Below, piece by piece: positions 1 through 10,505 of a DNA stretch of 55,120 nt. The DNA is taken from assembly GCF_006345805.1 (NCBI RefSeq), contig NW_021833792.1, forward strand, positions 1-55,120, given 5' to 3'. The notes beneath the pieces are model-generated. The model did no database searches. It worked only from the letters and a program-made list of their open reading frames with translations, and was not told the DNA's origin. Source of the DNA: Octopus sinensis (Eukaryota). Each line of letters begins with the position of its first letter. Position 1 is the first letter of the stretch. The translations under genes were made by a program, and so were the position numbers.

Positions 1-520
1 TGCCAAAAGTATAAAAATTGGTCAGTTGAACAATGAAAATGAGTTATTTTCAGATGAAATGCAGGTGTCATAATTTTGTGCATTTTGCAGACATAAGAGA
101 TGCCCTCCTAAGCAAAGTGATAATCCTTGCTACATTATTCCAAGTGTTTAAAAATGCTCCAAAAGTTATGGTGTGGGGAGCTATTTGTGCTGGTGGAAGA
201 TGCAGAGTGTGGTTTATGCCTTAAGGTGCAACTATCAAGGGAACTAATTACCTTGAAATTCTGCAAACAAATAATCCTGCCATTTATGGAGATCAAGCAG
301 TGTACACACTTCCAGCATGATGGGGCACCATGCTACCAGATGAGCAGTAAAGCAGTGGCTAAGCAATTCAGGGTAAGAGATCTTGGGTCCATGATCAGGA
401 CACTGCCTAGATCTCAACCCAATAGAGTTGGGTTATTCTGAAACAGAAAGTAGCTGCTTGTAATCCAACATCACTATTGGAGATGAAAAATTCCCTCCAA
501 AAAAGTCTGGACTATGGAGG
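1..520 (+). mobile_element. Tc1-family (DDE) transposase remnant
   Basis: Frameshifted motifs KKYKNWSVEQ..IFSDE, KVMVWGAI, FQHDGAPC and DLNPIE, typical of Tc1 transposases; truncated at the window edge. Confidence 0.8.
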
Positions 521-537
521 TAAAAAAGAGGTGTTAT

Positions 538-760
538 TTACAAACAGGAAAAAATATAGGAAAATTTGTTGTTGAAGTTATAGGAAAGATAAGTTAACCT
601 CTTTTCTCTGTTTTTAATTAACATATTTTTCATTGATTTTGAATGATAACTAAGATTATTAAAGTCTCTTAGATTTATATTGGGCTGATGATATGGTTCA
701 TATTTACCAGTTATAAGATTAAAGTTAAAATCCAATAGAATTGAAAAATATTTTTTGAGA
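538..760 (-). mobile_element. Penelope-like element RT C-terminal remnant
   Basis: ORF 538-735 DFNFNLITGKYEPYHQPN...SYHSKSMKNMLIKNREKRLTYLS matches the PLE pattern LD..L.TGKYEPY.KPN...SNHP..I....I.KRLS.LS. Confidence 0.65.
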
Positions 761-1020
761 TTTTGGGAAACATAATTTAATGAAACAGCAGTGGTAAATC
801 AAAGAGAGAGACAGTGAGGCAGAGAGAGAGGGGTCAGAGTTAGGTGGTCAGGCAGTAAATACAACACGAGGAGGAAGAATATTCTTAGGGATTTTGTGTA
901 ACATAAATTAATGAAACAGGGACTTTGGGAAACATAATTTAATGAAAATAAACATAATAATTAAATAAACATACGTATTGTAACTAATAATTATCAAGAA
1001 ACTATATATAAATTAATATT

Positions 1021-1140
1021 TTAACAATAATAATCAAACACAATACAATTCATAAAATGTTCTTTGATAAGATAAGTAACGTATTTATATAACAATATCA
1101 TTTAATTTTGAATTGTATTGTGTTTGATTATTATTGTTAA
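1021..1140. repeat. 32-bp perfect inverted repeat (hairpin)
   Basis: ttaacaataataatcaaacacaatacaattca (1021-1052) is the reverse complement of 1109-1140. Confidence 0.9.
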
Positions 1141-1250
1141 GATTTAACTTAGCTGTTTATTAAATAAATAAATTCATTAATAAATAATTTAATTTAATAT
1201 AAATTAAATTATAGCATTTTAGTTTTCACTTAATGTATATTTTGTATTTT

Positions 1251-1953
1251 AGACCCAGGAAGACCTGAGATGAGGTGGTGAAGCATGACCTTCGAACATT
1301 GGGCCTCACCGAGGTAACGACTAGTGACCAGGACCTTTGGAAATATGCTGTGCTTGAAAAAACTCGGCAAGCTCAAGTGAGACCATAACCTTGTGGCCTA
1401 TGCCAGAGGTGTAACCAGTCCACTTATGCGTACCTTTCCTTCACTGGACACTAAACTCTGCTTGCGAAGACCTGTTGAGGCAAGTGAAATCGAAATTGAA
1501 ATCAAATTCAAGGACTGGCATCCATGCTAGTGGAGCACTAAGAGTACCACTTGGGCGTGATCGTTGCCAGAGTAGCTGACTGGCTTCCATGCTGGTGGCA
1601 CGTAAAAAGTACCATTCGAGTGTGATCGTTACCTGCATCGTTTTACTGACACTTGTGCTGGTGGCATGCGGAAAAACATTCAAGTGAGGTCATTGCCAGT
1701 GTCACTGGACTGGCTGCTGTGCAGGTAGCACATAAATAGCACCATTTGAGCGTGGCGGTTGCCTGTACCGCCTTACTGGCCCTCATGCCGGTGGCACATA
1801 AAAGCACAGAGTGGTTGGCATTAGGAAGGGCATCCAGCTGTAGAAACTCTGCCAGATCAGATTGGAGTCTGGTGCAGCCACCTGGTTTGTCAGAACCCAG
1901 TCAAATCGTCCAACCCATGCTAGCATGGAAAGCGGACATTAAACAATGATGAT
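1251..1953 (+). mobile_element. RTE LINE 3' end and tail (severely 5'-truncated)
   Basis: Similar to the 3' end of the RTE at 4910-5556 (RPRKTWDEVVKHDL-like frame); ends ccaacccatgctagcatggaaagcggacattaaacaatgatgat. Confidence 0.8.
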
Positions 1954-2317
1954 ATATACTTATTTTGTTTTAAATATTTTAATTTTCTAGTAATGATATA
2001 TTGTTTGTTATTTTTTCTTATATAAGTTAAAATTTATTTTCATAGATATAATAAATATTTATACCTATTTATTCTAGTTTTATTTATACCAGAATATATT
2101 TAAGATATTTCGTGTTTGTATTTTATGATATATTACTGTATTTTGTTTGATTTTCATTGTAAAATTATGTATTTTTATATTTATTTATATTTTCTTACAA
2201 GATTATATACGTACATTTATATATTTAATTATTTTATTGTTTTTATCTTGGACCTGAAAAGTGACTATATTTAAATTGAATTGATTTTACTGTTATCAGT
2301 TTGAAAATATAGCCACG

Positions 2318-5300
2318 AAAATGGGTAGATAAGGTAATTGAGGTAGTCAGAGTATGCGACAGAATACTTGAGATTAGATTAGTGGTTCATCATGGATTAG
2401 CAACCATTATATCGGCCTATGTCCCCCAGCCAGGGCTACCCGATGGACAGAAAAAGCGATTCTATAACACCCTACTGCAGACTACCTCGTTGACGAAGGA
2501 CAGGGACCTTTTCTTTGTGGCTGGTAACTTCAATGGGCATGTTGGACAACATGCTGGGGGCTTCCACGGCGTACATGGAGGCTACGGTTATGGTCCCCGC
2601 AACGAGGAGGGAACCAGGCTGCTGGAGTTCTGTGATGCGAATGATCTTATGGTTTGCAACACTAACTTCAGGAAACCTACCAGCCACCTAGTCACCTACT
2701 GATTGGGCCGACATACTAGCCAAATTGACTACATCCTTGCCAGAAAAAGGGAAAGATGGCTGCTTATAAATGCCAAAACTTTCCCAGGCAAAGAATGTAC
2801 CCCACAACACAGACTGGTAGTGAGTGACTTTAGGATCAGGACTAAGAGGACGACCAACATGGCGAAGAAGGGTCTGGAGACTTAAAGAACCTGCAAATGG
2901 ACAGAGATTTAGAGACATATTACTTGAAGCCTTTGATGAAATAGAAGGGGTTATAGCTTCACATGGGGTAGAAGACAACTGGAGGTTTCTAAGAGCCACT
3001 GACCAGATCTGTGGTTAGTGCAAAGTCCCCTCAAGAACCAAAATAACATGTTGGTGGAACAATATTGTTGATAGAGCTATTAGACAAAAGAAACAGGCTT
3101 GGAAGGACTGGAAGAACGGTGGTAGCAGGGAAGTGTATCAGACTGCCAGAAGGGAAGCGAGGAGGCAGGTGTATTTAGCCAGAGGGGAAGCAGATAAGAA
3201 AAAATTTGTCAATGTTCTGCACCGTAAGGATGAAAGACTTGAGGTATTTCGTGTTGCAAGACAGTGTGTGAGAGAGAATCGTGATGTGGTAGGAGAGAAA
3301 TGTGTTCGCATGGATGATGGTTCACTTGCGCTAAATGAGGATGCAAAGAGAGTGGTTTGGAGACACCACTATGAAAGGTTGCTGAATAAAGAAAATGCAT
3401 GGGATAAAGAGAGTCTAGGCAATTAGAAGCATGAAGACAGGGAAAGCCCCAGGCCCATCAGGAATTATTGCAGAGATGCTCATAATATCTGGCAGTGTCG
3501 GCTACAGCCTAGTCACCCGTATGGTTAACCAGGTGATACATGAAGGAGTCATACCCAATGACTGGTGTAGCAGCATAATAGTTAACTGCTACAAAGGTAA
3601 AGGTGACACCCTATATATAAATAATTACAGAGGTATCAAGCTGCTGGATCAGATAATGAAGGTTACGGAAAGGGTCATAGCCCAACTTATTAGGGAGAGA
3701 GTCAACTTGGATGAGACACAGTTTGGTTTCAGACCAGGGAAAAGCACCACTGATGCCATATTTCTGGTAAGACAGCTGCAGGAGAAATACCTAGCCAAAG
3801 ATAAGCCCCTGTGCCTGGCTTTCATTGACATGGAGAAAGCCTTTGACAGGGTCCCCCAATCCCTTATCTGGTGGTCAATGAGGAAACTAGGGATAGATGA
3901 ATGGTTAGTGAGAGCTGTGCAAGCCATGTACAGGGACGCTGTAAGTAAGGTAAGGGTTGGCAACGAGTACATTGAAGAATTCAAGGTAGAGGTTGGGTTC
4001 CACCAGGGTTCAGTCCTCAGCCCCCTCCTATTTATCATAGTTCTCCAGGCAATAACGGAGGAATTCCAGTCAGGATGCCCCTGGGAGCTCCTCTATGCTC
4101 ATGACCTTGCCCTAATTGTTGAGTCGCTATCAGAACTAGAGGAGAAGTTTCAAGTGTGGAAATAAGGATTAGAATCGAAGGGCCTTAGAATCAACCTAGC
4201 TAAAACCAAAGTCCTAATAAGTAGGAAGGCAGCCAAACCACAAATCCCTTCAAGTAGATGGCCCTGCTCAATCTGTAGTAGAGGTGTAGGTAGAAACTCT
4301 ATAAGATGTACCCAGTGTAAGCTATGGACACACAAGAGGTGCAGAAATATCAAAGGAAGGCTAGCTAGGAAGATAGTTTTTGTATGTGGCAGATGCTTGG
4401 GAGCAATAAACACTGAAAATACACAGAGACCAACTTCCGCTACATTCCAGGGAGAAAAACTAGAAGTAGTTGATAGCTTCCGTTATCTAGGCGACCAAAT
4501 AAGTAGCGGGGGAGGGTGCACTGAAAGTGTAGCTGCTAGAATAAGAATAGCTTGGACAAAGTTCAGAGAGCTCTTATCTCTGCTGGTTACAAAAGGCCTC
4601 TTGCTCAGAGTAAAAGGTAGACTGTATGATGCATGTGTACGAACAGCCATGCTACACGGCAGAGAAACATGGGCTGTGACTGCTGAGGATATGTGTAAGC
4701 TCGCAAGGAATGAAGCCAGTATGATCCGATGGATGTGTAATGTCAGTGTGCATGCTCAACAGAGTGTAAGTACCTTGAGAGAAAAGTTGGACCTAAGAAG
4801 CATTAGATGTGGTGTGCAAGAGAGACGACTGCGTTGGTGAGAATGGATGAGGATAGCTGTGTGAAAAAGTGCCACACCCTAGCCGTTGAGGGAACCTGTG
4901 GAAGAGGTAGATCCAGGAAGACCTGGGATGAAGTGATGAAGCACGACCTTTGAACATTAGGCCTCATCAAGGAAATGACAAGCGACCAAGACCTTTGCAA
5001 ATATGCTGTGCTCGAGAAGACCCGGCAAGTCAGATGAAACCATAATCCGTGGCCTATGCCAGGAGCATAACCGGCCCGCTTATGCATAGCTTTTCCTTCT
5101 TTGGTCACTAAACTTTGCTTGCGAAGACCTCTTGTGGCAAGTGTAATCAAAATCAAATCATTTCGATGACTGGCATCTGTGCTAGCAGGGTGCTAAGAGC
5201 ACCATATGAGTGTGATCGTTGACAGAGAGGCTATTCGAGTATGATCGTTACCAGCGACGCCTTACTGGCACTTATGCCTGTGCTAGTAGGGAGCCAAGAA

Positions 5301-5556
5301 CACCATCTGAGCATGATCGTTGTGATCGTTGCCAGAGCAGCCAACTGGCTTCCGTACCCAGGGCACGTAAAAGGGCACCATTTGAGCATGATCGTTACCA
5401 ACGTCGCTTCACTGGCACCTGTGTCGGTGGCACGTGTAAAAGATTCGAGCGAGGTCATTGCCAGTACCGCCTGACTGGCCCCCGTGCAGGTGGCACGTAA
5501 AAAGCACCCACTACACTCTCGGCGTGGTTGGTGTTAGGAAGGGCATTCAGCTGTAG
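2318..5556 (+). mobile_element. RTE-clade LINE, 5'-truncated and decayed (APE + RT)
   Basis: APE motifs IISAYVPQ, AGNFNGHVG, SQIDYIL; RT motifs GKAPGPSG, NYRGIKLL, QFGFRPGKST, FIDMEKAFD, HQGSVLSPLLF, LYAHDL; stops and frameshifts; 3' tail with internal repeats. Confidence 0.95.
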
Positions 5557-6800
5557 ATTTGAAGACAGAATATTTCCGAAGATTGAGGTTGGTGTTGCGT
5601 TCAAAAATGACTGGATGGAATAAAATCCAAGCAGTTAATATGTGGGTGATAGCATCACGTCAGTATGGAGTGGGAATTATAAAATGGCAAAAGAGAAATG
5701 AAGAAAATGACTATCAAGACTAGAAAAATGTTGACAGTACATGGAACCTTCTACCCTAAGAGTGACACTGATAGGCTGTACTTGTCCAGAAGAAAGGGTG
5801 AGAGAGGTTTGATCAGTTGCCAGAACTGTATCCAAGTAGAGGAAAACAGCCTCGGGTGGTATATAAAAAATGCCGTGGAGCAACTGTTGAAACACATGAA
5901 GAAGGCTGGCGTCATCAAAACTGACAATTGTGTAATTAAAGAAAAATTTAAACAAGAAATGAACAAAAAGAAAGAAAAAGCATGGAAGGAAAAGAAAACA
6001 TATGGTCAGTTTGCAAGAGATGTGAATGCCAAGACAAATACAGAGGACCAGTGGCTGTGCATGAGGAAGAGTGACCTGAAGATAGAGACAGAAACACTCA
6101 TATGTGTATCTCAAGAACAAGTGTTAAGGACCAATTATATGAATGCAGAAGTGACAACACTACCAGCAGCGGCAAATGCAGAATGTGTGGTGAGAAGAGT
6201 GAAACAGTATGGCACATTGTTAGCGAATGCCCAAAATTGGCACGACATGAATATAAACGACGCCATAATAATGTGGCAAAAATGATCCATTGGGAGCTCT
6301 GTGGAAATCATGGCCTACAGAGAGCAAATACGTGGTATGAGAAAACCCCAGAAGGAGTCACCAAAAATGAGAATTGCAAAATACTGTGGGATGTAATGGT
6401 CTAGTGCGATCACAGGAAACCAGACATTGTTGTAGTGAACAAAAAAGAAGAACATGTATAATAATCGACATTGCATGCCTTGGTGACAACAGGATCAATA
6501 TGAAAGAGAAAGAAAAAATAAACAACTGTGATGATTTAAAGTGGGAAAAAAGAAGGTTGTAGTCACTGAAGAGAGTAGACATGATACCAATATTAATTAG
6601 TGCACTTGGAAGTATCAGCACTCAACTACCAACATAAAAGATGGGTGCAAGTGTGAAGGTAGAACACCTACAAAAATCAGCATTGCTAGGAACTGCAAGA
6701 ATTCTTCACGGGGTTCTTGAAGCATGACCAGTAAACAAGTGTCACCTTAGTCTGCTGGCTGTGAACAGCTGACACTTTCCCTCATACCCAGCAAAATGAG
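5557..6800 (+). mobile_element. R4/Dong-like (restriction-like endonuclease) non-LTR retrotransposon 3' fragment
   Basis: PKSDTDRLYLSRRKGERGL, CCHC CRMCGEKSETVWHIVSEC, YKRRHNNVA, KPDIVV...IIDIAC...KEKEK. Confidence 0.9.
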
Positions 6801-6849
6801 TTTTCATATAATAGTAGTAATAATCATAATGAACAAATTATGGTTACAA

Positions 6850-7529
6850 AATGTTTGACAAGATTATCTCACACTTTCTCTACATGGATGATCAGAAATT
6901 GTATTCAAAAGATGACAAAGATCTGAAAGGGCCACTAGTAACAGCAAAAATATTCATTGATGACACCAATGTGGAATTTGGTCTTGACAAGTGTGCAAAA
7001 GCTTTGTTCAAATGAGGTAAACTGACAGCTAATACTACAACCCAACTTGATCAAGAAAACTTTTATAAGTATTTTATAAGTATTTTGGAATACACAAAGT
7101 TGAAGGGATTCAACACAGATCAATGAAAGAGAAGATCAGGAAAGAGTATCATAGACGTGTCAGAACAGTCCTGAATACTGAGCTGAACTCTCAGAATAGA
7201 ATTGTAACTATAAACTCCCTGGCAGTACCAGTTGTCCAGTATAGCCTTAATGTCATGAATTGGAATCTGAGTGACCTCCAGTATATGAACATAAAGACCA
7301 AGAAACTACAGACACTAAACAGGATGCACCACCCAAAATCAGATGTCCACAGGCTCTATCTCCCACAAAAGGAAGGCGGTAGAGCCTTAATCCAGCTTGA
7401 AATGTCCTATAAAACAACCACAATAGGACACCAAGTGTACATCTAAAGTCGGTAGACTGAATGATACAGCTGGTAAGACAACATGAACAGAGTATGAAAC
7501 TTCACTCAATTTCAAAGGAGGCATATAAA
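6850..7529 (+). mobile_element. Second R4/Dong-like LINE fragment (RT region)
   Basis: LYMDD, FGLDKCA, INSLAVPVVQYS, HHPKSDVHRLYLPQKEGGRAL. Confidence 0.85.
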
Positions 7530-7662
7530 TTAAATTATTTCAGAAATTGAAGAGATATTTGTTATAGCTACCATTCTATTTACTTTTAATATAAACTTTA
7601 TTACAGCTGAATTCAGCAGAAATATTGTTGAAGCAATGGAACAGCCAACTTGAACATAATTA
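7530..7662 (-). CDS. Candidate terminal (TM8) exon of the SLC1 transporter
   Basis: Pyrimidine-rich acceptor tttcctattcactatcag; phase 2 matches the previous exon; 43 mostly hydrophobic codons (NYVQVGCSIASTIFLLNSAVIKFILK...) then TAA. It lacks the canonical DRxRTxxN, so the true exon may lie outside the window. Confidence 0.4.
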
Positions 7663-7879
7663 CTGATAGTGAATAGGAAATTAATTATAAAATTATCTGG
7701 CTTCATAGTACAGTGATTTATTCTTGTACACCCCTTGATGATGATGTACCTTGTCACTACCATCAATCTTCTTTCCAGCAACTACTACTCTTATATAATG
7801 TAGGGTAGCCATGTATCTCCTCTGTAGTAAGACATCTGTGCCTATACTTCTATCAGTCTTAGCCGCTCAATACTACACT

Positions 7880-8225
7880 TCCACTCAGTCGAGGAATCTT
7901 GTCTTGCAAGTTAGTTGATGACATCACTCATACCAGAGCCATGAAAAAAGCATCTAGAATACTCTATAAAGTGGTTGGCATCAGGAGGGGGCATTCAGCC
8001 ATAGAAACCATGCCAAAACAGACATTGGAATTCAACGCGGTCCTCCAGCCTGTTGGATTCTATCAAACTGTCCAACCCATGCCAGCATGGAAAGTGGATG
8101 TATGATGATGATGTCATAAGAGGTGACAAAAAGGGCTAGCATCAGGAAGGGCATCTGACTGCAAATGTCTCAAAAAGTCCTATCCAACTCATGTCATGAT
8201 AAAGATGTCATAATGATGATGATGA
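7880..8225 (+). mobile_element. RTE-tail-related SINE-like repeat (degenerate)
   Basis: aagtggttggcatcaggagggggcattcagccatagaaac...ccaacccatgccagcatggaaagtgga...(gat)n is shared with other copies in the window. Confidence 0.7.
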
Positions 8226-8397
8226 GTATAAAAAATTGATTATTAACATCATATGACTTCCCAGAGAACTAATTTTAAAATATAGTAATCGCGGGTTGAT
8301 AAAAATGAAGGAAATAGAATATCTGAGATTTGGTATATTTTGTACCAACACAGTTGGGGATATGTTTTTAATAAATTAGAAAGCTGGCAGTACTTAC

Positions 8398-8532
8398 AAA
8401 AGCCATTCCAAGGCATAAAGCATGGCAACAGGTTTTGGATTAATATTCATAGAAGTCAGCAATAATATTAGAGTGACAATACTCGAGCTTGGTACACCAG
8501 GTAGAGCCATTGTAACTATGGCTGTAAGAACT
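8398..8532 (-). CDS. SLC1/EAAT-family transporter exon (HP2-TM8a), 135 nt
   Basis: caatag acceptor and GTAAGT donor, phase 2-2; encodes VLTAIVTMALPGVPSSSIVTLILLLTSMNINPKPVAMLYALEWL, which aligns to EAAT TATLASIGAAGIPQAGLVTM...LIIAVDWFL. Confidence 0.93.
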
Positions 8533-8796
8533 CTATTGAAATAAATGAAAATAGTTTCAAATTAGTCTATATAATAATCAGTTAGTATGGAGTGTATGTG
8601 TTCAATTTTATTATTGTTTATCTGTGAAAATTCACAAAGTTAAAATGTGACAACAGGTAGAAAAGATTTTAAGTAAAGAAAGACTGGACAATCATAAATA
8701 TAAAGTTGATATCTTTTTAAATTGGTTCAGCATCATAGATTTTGGGATAGAATTGAATAAGCTGACCTGATATTTGACTTCTCTTTTATCTTTTTT

Positions 8797-9140
8797 TTAC
8801 TTGTTTCAGTTATTAGACTGCAGCCATTAGTCAAATAAATCATCCCCAGTATTTTTTCTTAAACCTAGTACTTATTCTATCAGTCTATTTGCTGAACTGC
8901 TAAGTTACAGGGACATAAACACACCAACACTGGTTGTCAAGTGGTGGTGGGAATAAACACAGAAACAAAGACACACACACACATATACATACAACAGGCT
9001 TCTTTTAGTTTCTGTCTACAAGGCTTCGGTCAGCCTGTGGTTATAGTAGAAGACATTAGCCCAATGTGCCATGCAGTGGGACTGAACCCAGAACTATGTG
9101 TTTGGGAAGCAAACTTCTTACCACATAATCATGCATGCAC
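8797..9140 (-). mobile_element. tRNA-derived SINE
   Basis: Minus strand has an A-box-like gtggtaag and a B-box-like ggttcagtcc, plus an internal (CA)n; homologous copy at 32262-32570. Confidence 0.75.
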
Positions 9141-10389
9141 TTATACTTCTTTTATTCATCCTACAAGGATGAAAGACAAACTTGAACCACCAAAACTAAA
9201 ACTCAAAGCATAAAGGGTTGTCGCTAGATACCACAAGACATTTTACTTGGCCCACTTCCACTTCAACTACCCACTGCAGACAAGTGGTTGGAGTAAGGAT
9301 GTATTGTAGTGCTTCCTATCATGACTCAACCTTAGTATTATGAGCTAACAAAGCACCTATTAAAACACTTTTGATACCAATTCCTCTGAGACTGCCCTTG
9401 GTTCTATGATGTAAACTTCATATTTTAAAGTGATCTACGTTAAAACCTTCCAATTTCATATTAATTCATGTTCCAAACACAAACTTAATAATAACACCGT
9501 TGTTTCCTATTATTCTTCATTATTTTTACAATTAACTGAAACTAAGGCAGTGTATTTCAATAGAAATGTGGTAACAAAAAGGTTAGTTTTACAGTGCTAC
9601 CACTTCTTAAATTACATTCAATGGAATACCTTGCCACTTCTCTCAGTAGCCCAGTTCATTCATATTGCTTCCTACCTCCTAGACTCTGCACAAAATCTTA
9701 TGTACACCTCTTCTTTCCCAGAACACTACCCTCTAGAATTCCTTCCCTGCTTCTGCTTCTCCTGAAGTCATCAACTTGCAGTATTTTATGGGAATATTTC
9801 CTTCCACCAAACTCTCATAATCTGTAGCTATCAGTATAATCTTACATTATAAATAAAATCTTAATACAAAGTTGGGTCATTGTTGATCTGCTATAATTCC
9901 AATGATGAAACATGTACCGAGGCGTGAAAGTGTACTGGTTATAAGGAATTGAAGGTTGAGTCTCAAACATTTTTTTCATCTTGTAGTTAACACAGGAAAT
10001 ATAATAAAAGAAGGAAAGAGTGAAAAAGAAGAGAGAAGAGGAGAAAGATGCAAAGGAATAAAGGAGTGAATAATTGCACAAAGTATATTTGAGGGAATTC
10101 TCTTTTCAGTTGCCCAAATAGATTTTTCTTAACTCAATAATTCTTTCTACTGTATGTAGAAGACCAAAAGTTTTGGAGGATGGGTCTAGTCAATTACAAC
10201 GAGCCCAATGCTCAGTTGTAATTAATTTATACTATTTATAAGTAGAAAGACTTATGCTAACAGTTCTGGAAGACGGAAAGAAACTATATTGTGAGAATTC
10301 ACCCACAGGGCAAAACATCCAAAAATGTTTTATAGGCCTTGAAAGAATGAAAGGCAAAGTTGACCTCAGTTAGCTGCTGCTGCTATAAG

Positions 10390-10505
10390 TAATAATGATG
10401 ATGATGATGATGATGTTGGTGATGATGATGATGATGATGAGGAAGATGATGGTGATGATGATGATGATGAGGATGATGATGGTGATGATGATAATAATAA
10501 TAATA
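10390..10505. repeat. (GAT)n/(AAT)n microsatellite
   Basis: Read directly; abuts the 3' end of the Tx1-like LINE. Confidence 0.95.

Noticed and set aside
7840-7875. ERLRL-encoding stretch on the minus strand as a TM8 exon candidate
   Set aside because: Stop codon after a few residues, weak acceptor, and adjacent to repeat sequence.
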